Source of the DNA: Ophelia neglecta
Lineage: Eukaryota
Assembly (NCBI GenBank): GCA_965285935.1
Contig: OZ260662.1
Location: 90,458,001 to 90,522,000 of the forward strand
DNA length: 64,000 nt
Direction of reading: 5' to 3'
Numbering within the stretch: the stretch's first letter is position 1; the number at the start of each line of letters is the position of its first letter. Below, piece after piece: positions 12,781 through 26,379 of the stretch. A model generated the notes under the pieces. The model did no database searches, was not told where the DNA came from, and saw only the letters and a program-made list of their open reading frames with translations. The position numbers and the translations under genes were made by a program.

Positions 12781-13609
12781 TTATTTTTACGAAACAGTTT
12801 GTTGTTACAGAATATGGGAGTGATATTCTATTAGCCAGTGGCTACGAGGCCCAGTTGGATTGGAACAATTGAATTGGTCTCTTGGTTTTCTTTTGAGTGC
12901 TGGGTATCTGTTTTCGTTTGTATTTCGTCTCTCCATGTGATGTAGGGTATTCTCATCCCACGTGGTTTTATGTTCGATCATGCATATGTTTAGTTATAAA
13001 AAAGAGCTTATGTGGCATTGGACATTAAATATAACAATACTCTCCAAATTTGTATCCATAATAATGCGTTTAAACCTGACATTGTGATTTTAACTTTTGA
13101 CTGGGTACTTGCATAAGGAGAATTGAAACAAAAATGAACACCTTATGTTATAAATAAGTAACAAGTGGTTATAATGAAATTGATGTTACAATAGTGCATT
13201 ATTCTTATTCAATGTTAATTGTTCAAGTTAATATGGGTTATGACCACGGTCATACTGGAGATGGACTTACCTATCTACAGTGCAATTGGCCAGATTCAAA
13301 GGATCTTATCTCAGCAAGGGAAGTTTGGGTAAGTAACATTATGCCTCTAGCACATTTCGTCAATCTCCGCTCCACTGTAAAACACGTTGACCTAATAACC
13401 TTATAATTATAATTGAATCCTTCTTCCGCTACCGCTACCCAATTTTTCTATCCAGGAATAGTCTCTGCTAATTGTGTAACACACTAGGTTACAATACGAC
13501 TAGACAGAAATCTCTCCAAGCTCTATATGAAGCGTGCAATGAAAAAAATTATATTGTAATTAGCATTGCTATACAAGTTTGTTAAATTAGTGGCTAAATG
13601 CCAAAAAAC

Positions 13610-14400
13610 TTTAATTGGAGATGCTATGGGGTCATCCTTCATGCGTAAGTGTCATTTGTTGCCTCGCTATCTCATAATGACCTGGATTGCTCTGATGGTT
13701 TCCGATATCTTCGTGACAAAGCCCCATTGCCATATGTTATGTCGAAGGGTATGTTTGTAAAGCAACAGTGAAAGATTGCTCATTGTGCTGCTGAATGTTT
13801 TTAATTGCGCACTCCTTTTGGGAGTTGCATATAAATCATCTCAACTGCGTCTTGCAATCTCAAAGAAGGACACACATTTATAAAGAATAGATTGCTCGCT
13901 CCATGCCCTCTGATCCCCATTGTCAGTTTCGTTTTGTTTAGTGTTGGCCATCCTAGTATGAGTAAAATATCAAATGTTTGGTAGAGGATTCTGCTATTAC
14001 AAAATTGTCCAAAACTAATACGACTCTCCAAGTTATGTTTGTTCTATAAAGGGCCTTCTGGCCTAATGGAATAGCTCATTTCTAGGGTTCTCATACTACT
14101 TGTGAATATAATTCTCGGTTTAGGAATATGTATCACACAGTAGAACCGAAACATTTCCGATAAACAATTCCATTGTTTCATGACATCTTGCAAGGGATTG
14201 CTAATCAACTTGTAACTATTGTCAGACCAAGGCACTGATTTAATGACAAACCTCTTATTCCCGGAAGAAATTCAATTATTCAGGAGCTAATCAAATTCCT
14301 TCACCTGTACAGCGCCCAATTCGAAATTGAACAAGAAACCCTGTTTGAAAACAGGAGAACTAGGGCAAGCAAAATTTGGAAGCCATGGCCTCGAAAAATA
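13610..14400 (-). mobile_element. Penelope-like (Neptune-type) linker plus GIY-YIG remnant
   Basis: PLQDVMKQWNCL..HIPKPRII (~LxxIxMKHWHL..IFPKPPII), IRGHGASNLFFINVCPS..LQDAVE (~IKGHxTCxxSNLIYxIxC..QYVGE), SEA..RMTP*HLQ (~REA..TxxPxGLN). Confidence 0.55.
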
Positions 14401-15099
14401 GTTAATAGTAAATCGTTCAGTTTGCTGACTCTAAGGATGGAACATTAATATTTTTGACTTTCTTTTTCCATTATCAACCTTGCATCAAAAAACCGAACGG
14501 CTTGAACAAACAGTATATCTACCTATCACTCACTCAATTCAAATGATAAAATGAGTGTAATAATCATAATTATTATAATAGATCTATTTATGATACTGAT
14601 AAAAATAATGATAATGATTTTTTAATACAAACATTTCATAAATAATCCAACGCCAAACCTCCATTCTCTTTTCATCTCCGAGCAACAAACGTAGAATGGC
14701 CTGGTACTGTTCAAGAAAAAGAAATTCCTCCGCCCACCCTCCATGCCAGCCGCATTACTGCGGTAATCCGTGTGAAGGTCACATTTTCAGCACCTTGTTT
14801 GACACCTCCCACCTTTTCAAAGCCGAACCATGCTGCTTTTTAGAAATAACCTTGCCTTAAAGCATTTTTAAAAAACATAATACTACCTTTCTTAATCTGT
14901 AGGATACAGTTAAGGCGGAAATCTTATAATTTATCACTCACGTTCTAAGAATGAAAGATGCTGTTCAACCCAGTATATATATCTTGAACGTTTATATAAA
15001 AGAAGTGGCGAACTAAACTAGTTTTACAAAACGTCAGGAATATTTATCATGATCAGCTCGGGTGACATTGATCAACATTGGGATAGTTTCTAAGGACTT

Positions 15100-15460
15100 T
15101 GACACCAACGCCCGGTGCCATCGGCATGTAGTTATTGGAAGAAGGCTTAGTATAAGCTCGGTGTCCTACGCTTCTGAGTAGCTCCTACCCTAGCGGGTAA
15201 GACCTGGAAAAGGGATAAGGCAGGAATCCAATTGGTCCATCTTCTATTGTATGCCATGGGCATAGGCATCCAAATATGGGTCAGCTAATTTTCCATCGAT
15301 AATGCTTGGTAAGCCAACCAAGCTCAACAGATTGCATTAACTGGTCCTGTTCCCATCGATTATTGGTATGATTCAATTTAGACCAGGTTGCATACCAAAA
15401 TGGAAACGTTGATTGGCAGATTTTATTCGTAGTGCAAAAAAGTGATGGAAAAAGGGCCAT
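15100..15460 (-). mobile_element. RTE-group LINE RT fragment
   Basis: ITFLHYE* (~IAFxDYEKAF), WSKL, IDGKLADP..HGIQ* (~NGxLSxxF..GIRQG), LHADGT (~LYADDT, ~15120). Confidence 0.5.
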
Positions 15461-15759
15461 TTATATGTTTCTGAACATAGATGCTCTAAATATGCATCAC
15501 CTTTGGCCAACATAATTTTCCTGTATATTGTGTTCCTCATAACTGTTTAATATTAGAGCTCACATATTCCTACTTACATTTGCAGCGACTTCTGCCCATT
15601 TGATGCAATTCTACTATGCCCAAATCAAATAATCAATCATCCCCCGCCCCCCCCCCCCCCCGGCCCCCGCCCGCATCATTCCGTCTCGACATCCCTCCAC
15701 ACACACATCCGCACATATATACACGCCTCTCTATTGGTTAACAGGTGAAGGTTCCTGAC

Positions 15760-16130
15760 GCATTCATTTACTGGAAAATAACTGTTAATCGATTTTGGTT
15801 TGTTATGTTTCTTCCAATACCACATTGAAAGTTTGATTAGAATCTTATCCAAAATCATTTGGAAGTGCACACATTGCATGGCAGTAAATGAATTTGAATA
15901 CCACACTTGATTGTCGATTGTCAATGTTTTTCTCGATGTTGTGGTTTTCTTAGACTGGACCAATCATCATAGACGAAATGTGATTTCATTCTTGCGCTCC
16001 AAAGTATGTATGTTTCGAAGCCTCCTTTTCCTTAATATTTGTTAACGTGCATACTTTTGCTGCCCTAATATGTTTCTTTTAATGGTAAAGTGACCTTATC
16101 TTAGTTAATGATTTACAAACGTCTGTCTTT
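15760..16130 (-). mobile_element. CR1-group LINE ORF2 C-terminal fragment
   Basis: DVCKSLTK, ILWSARMKSH (~IVWGSTYKSH), KHNKPKSINSYFPVN (~HNxLPxSFNNYFxxN). Confidence 0.3.
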
Positions 16131-16219
16131 TTTGCTGCAGTGGCTTCACAGCATCAATAATTGCTGTTTTGTGGACCTACAGGCGTTGAAGGAGTTACCC
16201 CTTCTTCATCTAATCCCTC

Positions 16220-17170
16220 CCGCCAATGAACCTGAGAGGGTGCTTTGTCTACTTCGGCCAGCTTCTTAATCGTGACTGACGTTGATATATTTGCCCGCAT
16301 TGCATTGGGTAAAATAAATTGCACAGCAACCTTGTGGTTGTCAGTTGATTGCATGTAAACTTCTCGAAATCACAATATAAAAAATGGAAAGAACCGGGGA
16401 TTCCATTTTATGAACCCAATCTTTATATGTTGCATCTCGCCGAGCAACTGTAGTGGCGTTGTTTTGATACATGATACTAGTGCAGTCGTTTGATAGGATT
16501 GTTTTGATATAAATCGGACAAATTCATTTACTGGACTAAATCGGAACCGTAAATTGTATTCTTGATAGGTGTCTCTATTATGTTTACAATTAACTCCGGA
16601 GAAATTTCTAATTTATATAATACAAATCGCACCAGGGGTGTAATCCTTAAACGGCTTACATACTACCAACCACACGTCCTATGTCTCAATCCTTGAAAGT
16701 TTTCCAAAACAACCATTCTGTACCTGATTGCGCTAACCTATTGCTTGTCTTTATATGGACATTATGATTTGCCCTGTACTTAAATGTAGTAGAGTGGAGC
16801 GATATATCGTACAAAACTAAAATATGAAAACGTCGAAGTAGCCATTGTGTCAGATAAATTGCACCAAAAGGAATGTATATCCTGTAATCCGTGCATTAAT
16901 ATAAACCTTGCGAAGAGCAACTAGTGCTTCAGTCCAATGGATAGTTCAGACCACTTCATTCATTCGCTAACCAATTAAAAATATTCCTTCAACGGTACCT
17001 TAATTGCATACCTTATTTCAGGAAATCGGAAGACTCCTGGTAAAAATATCCTACGCTTCATATACGCAGGAACAGTATATAGTATATGCAGTGTCATTGA
17101 GTATCTGATGGTAATGCAGTATACCATCCTGTGCATACTTGATGGGCCATATACCTAGACAGAGGTTTAA
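16220..17170 (-). mobile_element. CR1-group LINE APE plus linker remnant
   Basis: VYGPSS (~VYRPPS), IFLPGVFRFPEI (~IxxMGDFNFPEI, ~17020-17050), ISTSVTIKKLAEVDKAPS (~VxKKLxxLxxDKAPG; ORF 16154..16354). Confidence 0.45.
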
Positions 17171-17539
17171 CCTGGGACAGAAGGCGAATCGGATATAATA
17201 CCTTTACACACACCAATGACTGTTTTCAGTCAGTAGAATAAACTCTCTGCCAAGATGCCACTTGAGAAAAGAGATGATTTAATATTCCTTGAGGTAATTT
17301 GTGTAAACCAATTACACACTGTGTCAGCTGTTTCTGAGGTGAGCACTCTCTTGGTTGTCTTGGTAACGGTTTTCAAAATATCTAACCGACGAACCATGCC
17401 TTTAAGATAGTTTTCGGGGGAAATCTATACCATAAATAGCAAACAGTCGACGTGCAGGTTAAAATCTTAGGCAAGGAAACGTTTTATTAAGTATTTGTTT
17501 AAAGAAACTGATATCAGTTATGTGTATTCTCTCGAATAG

Positions 17540-18100
17540 ACAATTCTCAGAAAATGTGTCCTTAATGAATGTTGGCTCTTGTTTTAATGAAAACCAATAC
17601 TGTATCCCATGTTTATTGAATTGTGAGCAGAATATTGAGGAAACATATTGGCATATAAAATATAGTTCTATACTTTGTGTAAAATATGTGGTGAAGTACG
17701 ATGTTTAATTATTTGTTCTAATGCTACGTTGACGTTAAGTCATAAGCTCACGTGACTTTGACCAAATTCACACATCAATACTATTTCCCAGTGAATAGGC
17801 ATGACATGAAATAAACCTGCTTGACAGGGTGTAAGGGAACTTTCTGCATGAGTGTACGTCTTCCATGGACAAGGTTGACCCATATTTAATTCACTTACCC
17901 GTACGTGAAATTCGGCCCAGATATTATTAAACCTAGACTGAATGATCGGCTTCCGAAATGTTGGCGAACGTCTTGTCTTAAGATATAGTGACGTTTCTCT
18001 ATAGCACGAATTTAATATCAAACCACAAACTTCTTTATGGTGTTGGGCTTTTGTTACTTGAGAATTCGACATCTTGTTGTTAACATGCCGATGTTTTCCA
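17540..18100 (-). mobile_element. Penelope-like (Neptune-type) linker plus GIY-YIG remnant
   Basis: RRSPTFRKPIIQSRF (~RRSPNLRDxLVRSK), TPCQ, IIKHR, TIFYMPIC (~NVIYMITC), KHGIQY..KQ (~KCGIQYVGETKQ, with a small deletion). Confidence 0.6.
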
Positions 18101-18899
18101 TTGCCTAAGATGAACAATTCAGAACGGCAAAAAATAAAACAACTATAGGATAGTTTATATGTGCACGGATTGAGCTTCCGACCTGTTTGATATCAGAACA
18201 AAAGTACCTTCATGCACAGTTATGTTTAACTGACGGCTAGGCATTAGGCTCTATTAGCCTAATTGTCCGTTTAGTGCGACTAGGTGGAGTTCCCTGTATG
18301 GTGTCCATGCAGTTCCCTGTATGGAGTTCCCTGGCGATATGACCAATAGGTTTTAAAAGCTTCGTAAAACCCCAACCAACCAATTGGCCCAATTATGATT
18401 TCTGTTTTATAAACACATTTCTTAATTCTGTAAGCAATAGAGGACGATTTTGCCAAGCAATTTGGAACTCTTTAAATTTCATCCTTATGTTACACATTGA
18501 CTTCATAATGTTTTTTCCTTTGAACATGTTTAGTTTTCTTCTCTTCAATCATCCACGTCCATGAAGATAGGCAACGACAGTGAAATATAGACATCAACAT
18601 CTACCTTTTTATTTAAACATGCATAGTACGATGTAGAAATAGTCTATATCAAGTATGCCTGGTACGAAACTAACAAAAACAACTGTTCAGGTAAATTGGA
18701 AGTCGCGAAAATACACGTGCCTGCATTAAAAGTGGCTGATCACGAAGGAAAATTAAACTCAATGAAAGTTCCTGCACCTTATCAATTCCTTACTTACTCG
18801 GCATGCGCTGCTTGGAAGCATGGAAGAAGAGCATATGGTAGTGTATAATTCCTAGAAACTAGTGTAAACGATGCTCCAATCCGCACTTAGCTACAGCAT

Positions 18900-19430
18900 T
18901 TAGCGGCAAAAAAATGATTGTGCGTTTTCTCCCGGGTATTCAATTACGGATATTTGCTGTGACGTTCATCTTATTTTTAGAGAGCATACCTCTAAAGCGG
19001 AAACTTTTTCACTATTATGATATGACTTGCTTCATTCGGTCCAATTTCCCTTTACGAGTGATATAATAATAAGGTGCCAGAATACGAGTATCGTTGCAGT
19101 AAACAATATTGTTGGAAGGGTGGAGTTCTATCAAACAGTTGCTTCAATGGTATTAAATGTCAGTGAGTTTTACAATGAGGAAGCTGCAAATAAGAATGAT
19201 TGCTGACCTTATGTTAAGCGCTTACTTTATAACCAACACATGCATATTGCTGGGTCGCAATTGCCTAGTAGGTTGGTAGTAGGATATGTGCTCTTTAAGT
19301 TACAAATATGCATAACTTTAGAAAGAAAGCTACAAAGTTATCAGCCATAGGTAATAGTGAACCATGGGGCAAAATGGCTTGCTCTACATAGATGCCTTGA
19401 GAAGAGTTATGATGATACCAAGCTAACGTT
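18900..19430 (-). mobile_element. CR1-group LINE RT fragment
   Basis: HH / TLLK, FLIVKLTDI (~FLVYINDI), VYCNDTRI (~LYADDTxI, ~19080-19100), KNKM..LNTREKT. Confidence 0.4.
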
Positions 19431-19859
19431 AATAGACGAACTATTAAAAATTTGGTTCATGCTTATGCCGTTATTTGTTATTATTATTATTAAAATTTGC
19501 GACCCTTACCAAATCATGCTTTAGTGGGTGCAGGGGGACCAGTCTGTATGCCAAAACAATTGTTGTACACCAACGTAAACTATATATGAACCTCTTTTAA
19601 TTCATACTGATATTCATTACTGCTTTGCGTCTGGAATCGATATTTGGGATGAGACATGTTTTTATGGTCCCTACACCTAAGCCGAAACTCTCCATTTTGC
19701 ACAATACGCTGTAGATTCTTTCGGGCTCCATATCAAAGAACATGATATTTATATAACCTGCCAGCCGGACCCATCTTGAACAGCCAATATATCCAGTAAA
19801 CGTCGGAATCTAATGGACTGAGAGTATACTGTCAGAGAAGATAAGCCACCGTGATCCCT

Positions 19860-20700
19860 TTTAATCACCATGGCCCGTTTCCATTAACATGTGCTCTACG
19901 ACGGAATGAGCGCCTGCCCAGGCTGTGGTCAGCTGACTAATATTGGCCGTATATGTGTAAAAGGCTTGCACTTTCATCACGCTAGCTTTAATCGATATGC
20001 TTCGTTTTATCCAACCCCTTCTGCTTTAATCGAATACCATTGTATTACTCTATAGACATATATGTACATGAAATATCAAACCTGTTGAACGGGATATTAT
20101 TGGAAGATCTAGAAATGAATGTCATGTGCGTGAAAATTCAAGTGTAATTTGAAAAACCGCATCAACGCTGCACATCTAACCAACCATGCACAACTAAATA
20201 TTGATGCCATTGTATATAATCTTGTAGGCTTTTGTTGCATTTTGTAAGGTTATATTTGTAATGAAACCAACGAGAGCAAACAGACAATTATGTAAAATCT
20301 ATATTGGTTCATTAGAAGGGGTGAGAAATTACCTGGAAAGAATGATTGCCTTTGTGAGCGTTAAGCTACCATTGTAAAGAAACTTAGTTGCTTTATAGTT
20401 ATTAAATACTTTGATCACCAAGAACTTATGTTACAGGCATGCCGCAAAATCTAAAGAATAATTACCATAGAACCGATGTAACGCGTCGTCCCAATAGTCC
20501 TGATCTAATACAAGCCAAATTAGTTAACAGTGTTTTATTTATGTTGTGGCCATGCTGCTGAATTTCAATGGACCCATGGGAACAATCAACTGGGAAAGTT
20601 TCAAAGAATCTCTTTCGACTGACAATTAACGAGGACAGGGAAATGTTGAGCTCTAGGGATTTACTATCGTGAATGAAAAAGCTGTTGCAACAACCACCTT
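19860..20700 (-). mobile_element. Penelope-like (Poseidon-type) RT C-terminus plus GIY-YIG
   Basis: FSFTI, LKFSSMA, FLYNGS (~NGY), YSIKAEG..NEAY (~VYSIxCxxCNxxYIG), HSVVEHMLMETGH (~SAVAEH..ETGH). Confidence 0.55.
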
Positions 20701-21199
20701 TGTTTCATTGCAGAGCGTAACGAAACAAGGGCAAATCAATAAGATTGAGGTTAATCTATGATTTTTCAATTTTCTTTAGCTTGCTCTCTTGGTTGGTAAT
20801 GATGCAATGATTCAATGTGTCTATTAATTCAATATATATATATATATATTATTGCAATGGTTATGTTTCTTTCACGAGCTTCTTTATCTTTTTCATAATG
20901 ATATTATATACATCGTCATGATATAATCATCTGGTGAACGCTTCCGGTGAATGAGGGCCAGGTATACTGCGCCCGGATCAACTGGTGCAGGGAACCCGTT
21001 TATTTAGACAAGTTCCTCTTTTGTTTCTAAATTAAAAGAGAACTTGCCCCATCATAGCTCTCCAATGGCACAGTATTATCATTTCCGTTCTACGTTGCAA
21101 ACTCGTTTGTTTTGTATTCTGACCCGCATCACGGAAACTGGCGCCTACAAGTTTATTTTCTGTTAGCGAGCTGGAGATTGATGTACTGATATGTGTGTC

Positions 21200-23700
21200 G
21201 CCCTTTGGCTGCTGATTGCTGATGATTTTAACCTCTATTCTAGATGTTTGATTTGGCACTGACTGCCGGGTATTCACTCCTTATTTTCCCCGAAGTAAAC
21301 ATTTAGCAATAGGTTGTGTCGTTATCCTGTGATGATTTCAAGCGTTCCAGGCAAATTCTGAGACAGCATGGACAATGTAATAAATCAATATCGTCATTAG
21401 AGCGGGGCTTATTAGGGTAAGACCGATCTTAAACCATCTGTAGATCAATTCTTGGACAGAGCAGTGCAGCCTCATGCGACCGTTGTCTGAGCGTGCATGA
21501 AAAAATATAGGTTCATCAACATAATAGTATACATCTGCATCTACCGGGTATTCTGTGAGCATACGTTATATAGTCCCAAAAATGGGCTTAATCAATTGCG
21601 ATGGAATACTTCAATCGGGAGAGCATGTAAGTATCTCCTGTCGTTGTCATTCCTTCTCCTGGGCATCAAGAAAAGTTATCAATCGCACATTCCTAGAGAT
21701 TTTTCAATCCAATGAAATAAACTATCACTCACGGAGTTATGATCATGGAGACCATTCCCGGTAGATCAGTGATACGTAACAGAAGGCCTGTTGGATGAGA
21801 GTACAAACAGATCCTTTAGTTATAGGAACCAATACATGCCCGAATTAGTAATGATGCCGAAGCTTGACAACTACGTTATTGATGTGACAAAATGATTAAG
21901 CAATTTGAAGTAGTAGTTCGCATGTCACGAATTTAATGTATGCAGTGGCCTCTGTAGGTAATGGTGCGAAGCTAACTTGATTGCACAACTTTGATTGAAA
22001 TGCAAAGATTATTTTCCTGCAATTTTATGTGTCGAACATTATAAGAGCATTTTTTTAAATGCTCTTTTTGAGTAACTTCTCATTCTTCAGCCAATCAGCC
22101 AATAATTCGTATAGATAAGAGATTAGATATCATTACAGAATTAAAGGGACACGGAGATATTGGTTCCCACTGGAATCCGAATAGTTTGGTGAAACACCAA
22201 ACTCCCCGCTTAGTTATTGGTGAAACAAGAAATTGCGGGGGAGATGTATGGGAGTGTATGTCCATTTAACATTATTTATGATTTAATCCTTCGTTTATCA
22301 TAATTTAGTGTATTGTTCTTCCAGTAGCTCCTCTTAATTATAGGCATCTGCATTTTTTACTTAGTTGTAACTAAAAGAATATTTTGCCTCTATTACAGCT
22401 CATTTTTATTAATATTGCCTCATTGATATTGTGCCTATAAGCACCCCCCTCTTGACCTCCGTAACTTCAAATTTTTTATACTTAAAAAAAATTATCACGT
22501 TTTTGCCTGTTTAAAAGCTTTGGTTCTTGGTCATAAATAAGATTGAATTGAATCGGCATTACTTGTAAATAGAATTTTGTAACAGCGTCAGGGCAAGGGC
22601 TGCGATATTAATTTTAGGGTAAAGGCAAGGGGAGGGGGTAGCATAATTCACCACTAGTTTTGTGTCTCAATCTCTGGTGTCACCAACACTCTGACCGAAC
22701 CTCCGCCCCCCCCCCCTAGATTCAACTATAAATGATTCACAATATTCCGTAAAAATCACGCCGGATAAACATCATCAAAATGAATCCAATTAGTTCCATT
22801 AATTTCTTGATTTGTTTCAGTCATCGCCGTTGGTTTCTCGTAAATGATCAGGCCGAAACGGTGATCATATAAACATTATGCTGCAACCCAAAAACATTTG
22901 TCGAATCTCATTTTTACCTTGTCTGATTTAAGTTGGCCTGTAGCCCATATCCTTTTAGCTTGCTGTAGTATATGTACGTTCATTGCAATAATAAGTCTTT
23001 ACGAGAGAGGTATATACAGTTATAGCCACGTTTGCAATGTACATGTATATGTACATTTGACGAATATTTAACGGTTTGAGAACATTTTAATATTCAGTTG
23101 TTCCAAATGCCTTAATTGCTTGTCACCATAACCTCATTTCAGAATCATCGTCTATTTTAGTGGCGGCCTTATAACGGCCAAATATTCCATGGGCGGTCGG
23201 AACTGGCGGTATGGGGGAATAAAAGAAAAATGAACCCACTATGATTGATGGCCGCACAAGTCAGTAGTCAGTCGATAATTATGTTGCAGTTATGCCAAAA
23301 TTATCGTTTGTGCCTTGACGCTCGTGGTCCTTTATGCTTCTGTTTCTTATAGATGTATCATCAAGTAGCTGTGTGTAAAGGCAGAACGTGGTAACATTAT
23401 CCCTTAATGGAAAGTCATCAGTTGGATTTAGTGATCCTGGCAATTGTAAAGCTTGCCATAATAATTGCGTCTCACAAAGATTCCATGGGTCTTCCTGGCA
23501 GTGAAAATAATGGCAATTAGAAAAAGTCAGCTTTGCTCCACCATTTGACTGATATTGTTCATGTGTTCTCATGTGTGCAGTCGCCAATTCAATCCAATCA
23601 GCTCTCTGCCGGATTATGTGATTATACATAGTGGTAACATAAATCAATAATTAACAGATCAGTGGTGTGAATCCGACTAAAGTTGCAATTTTAAGGATAA
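21200..23700 (-). mobile_element. CR1-group LINE ORF2 (APE plus RT), decayed, probably with an internal insertion near 22.2-22.6 kb
   Basis: APE: IYVTTMYNHIIR..WIEL, LPGSLN, FCLYTQLLD..RNRSIKDH, LSTDY*LV. Linker: KPLNIR..TWL. RT: GSVCTLIQQAFCYVS (~GAVFxDLQKAFDTV), LFHWIE, SIPSQLIKPIF..EYP, YYYVDE (~YADD), YRWFKIGLTLISP. Confidence 0.7.
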
Positions 23701-23850
23701 GGTATCGAAGTAACCGCGTTCCTTGGTGCAAGACTGATTGGTAAAGGAAATGCTCAAACTGCATGAAAGAAGATGTTCATAAGAAAAAGTGACAATTCAA
23801 TGGATGAACGTACTGATCATTTCCATTAAAATTTCTATCTGTATAGGAAG

Positions 23851-24118
23851 CATTGAACACATTCTTACTTTTAAGAAATAATCCATAAAGTTTGTGGATG
23901 ACTATCAGCCAAAGAATTTAATAAACTGAATAAGTCAACAACTGTTACTAAATTAGAAATGTCCTGAATTAGCTACCTGTGAGGCAAACATTGAACACAT
24001 TCTTACTTTTCAAAAGGAATCCATGAAGTAAGTGGATGACCACCAGCCAAAGATATTTAATAACATAAGTTAGCTTACAACTTTAATTCAAAATGTCCAG
24101 AATTAGCAACTCTCGTGA
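23851..24118. repeat. Diverged tandem duplication, ~138-bp period, 2 copies
   Basis: CATTGAACACATTCTTACTTTT starts at 23851 and 23989. Downstream blocks AATCCAT, GTGGATGAC, CAGCCAAAGA and AAATGTCC.GAATTAGC recur in order. Confidence 0.85.
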
Positions 24119-24779
24119 TAAATTCAAAATGGTCTCAACGATAGGTAGTTAACGTTGGAGCTGCAAAAATCCTCAATCCAACATGATAGTATCTTTCAGG
24201 TTCAAGTGTGCACTATACGTTGTAGCAAATATGCACTCTAGCATATTGATATATAGATACGTTCGGGCTCATCATATTTGCATCGAGTAAATGTATGCCT
24301 TGAAACTCACTCGATTGATCCACACTGATGATCCAAGCGAACATGACAATATAATGGTATAAATTTTGCTATAAGCCATATAAAGACGTTGTAAGTGACG
24401 CGTGGGACGATGTTGTGATTGCTCTGGCAGTTAATGGGACCTTGAATTTACACGTCTGGTGTTGTCTCAGTGCCCAGGTGTCTGCAATGAAATTGTTAAA
24501 AGTTATTCCGAAACGGTGTTATCTAGTTTATCTGCTATTGACGTAATACAATGGAGCGACTTTTGCCTTTCGTTGATTTATTTTTGTATTTTATTCTTTC
24601 GACTGTAATATCGAATAATTTATCCCACGGCTATATTATAAAGCTCTGATTGTACTTTACTTCCTACATTTATTACTAGAAACTTCTGTCACCTGGTGAA
24701 TTTTTGTACGCGACTCTAAAGCGATAAATTAGTGGAATTAGTGTAAACATCTGCGATTGTAATGTTGATTTATTTTTTG

Positions 24780-24950
24780 ATCATATCCTTGCCAGCACGG
24801 TTCATTCAACGTTCATGCAATTTACGTCCGGGGTGATGCTCTGGTAGATTTGCGATCCAGCCTATCCCATGTACTTTCAATAATTTGACCCCGTGATCAT
24901 AAAAAATGTATGCCCTCTTGCAGGGTCAGCAATCACAATGGAACAAATTA
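24780..24950 (-). mobile_element. CR1-group RT fragment
   Basis: IADPAR..DHGVKLLKVHGIG (~YxDFxKAF..DHGILLxKLxxHGIxG). Confidence 0.35.
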
Positions 24951-25689
24951 CTTAAGTGAATTGGATACCCTCGCGGTCACTGTTTCCTTTGTTCGTTTTC
25001 CCCAGATAATGGAATTACATTCTTTAAGGAACTGTTTACTACGACGTATTAAATTCCATAAGGTTCAGCGATCCAATTGATACATCTTATCAACTCCGTT
25101 GAAATACTTTGGAGCTACAGAAGAAAAGAAATATCAGAAATTGTTATTTTTACATGATGGTATTAGTTTTAAACATAAAATGAAAACATAGAACAACATG
25201 CGGTGATAATATGTCTACATGCTTACAAAGAGCCGGACATTGTGAACTTGCAAGTGGATATCATCCTTTGGGTAATTGCATTAATATCGAATACACAGTG
25301 TTTTAGATATAGCCATCAAAAGTGTTATTGCTCAGAAAATTGTTCTTATGCTTCCTAGCTCACCTAAAATGGACCTTAATAGAACTTTCTTATTGTATAT
25401 GTATATGTGGTGTGTGAAGCAGGTTTTACAAGCTCATCTACAGTTATGGAACTGGGACTGTTGTTCGTGGGCCTGCAGCTGACGGCTTCTGATGATTTAG
25501 GACAGATTAAGTAGACACATTTAGTTTCCTTATTTCACTCAGTCTTCGAGCTATCCATTCGGTTTTTTTTATGTCTGTCTGCTTTTTAGTATCAACTGAT
25601 GGCCCCAATGAAAGGGTTATAAACATGAATTTTACCTATTATCTTAACATCGATCATGAATCTGCTTTCAACATGTTATTATTCACTTT

Positions 25690-25990
25690 TAGTATCCCCA
25701 AGGGAGAATGTCCATACTAATTCCGAATATTTCAGAAATTAATCCTGTTCATTTTTGTAGATGAATCTGTTGCTGAAGCCATGTATCTAACTCGGCCGGG
25801 AACGAATATGTTAATAACAAACGAAATGCCACAGGAATGCCAAATGTAAACGAACGGTTTCTGTTGGGATATTAACAATCTTCCCATTATTCATTATTCG
25901 AAAGCGGTCGTAAAGATGTGACGGCATCGTTAGCCAGCTTTCTAGCCAGGTGCCTTCGAGGCGAGTATTACCTCTATGGCGTAAAGGCAT
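25690..25990 (-). mobile_element. LINE RT N-terminal fragment (RTE-like)
   Basis: SKAPG*, FGIPVAFR, FGISM (~KAPGxD..GxIPxxWK..YRGISL). Confidence 0.3.
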
Positions 25991-26379
25991 ACATATTCAT
26001 CAAGCATGGACTTGCTTTTGCCAACAGGAAATGAAATCGCGAGGCAAAATGTTAGTTGCATGAACGGGCAGGTAATATCGATACTAATGTCTATGTCTAT
26101 CTATCTTTAATGCGGTGCCATGGTGGGGACTCCATTTGCATGTTATGATAAAGAATTATTTCTTAATTTCCGGGAACGAATTCAACCCCAAACGCATTAC
26201 TTAGTATTAGAGTCACATAGCAAAGCATCGTATGGATGAATGCATTCGGCATGTTTAATCTTTTGAACACGTTTTAGTGAAGGAAAAGCATAAAAAAGCT
26301 TAAGGGAATCGACAACTAAGACAGGTTGCGAGGTGGCAAGGTAATCTAATCAATACCATTTTTCAAAACATTTTACCAG

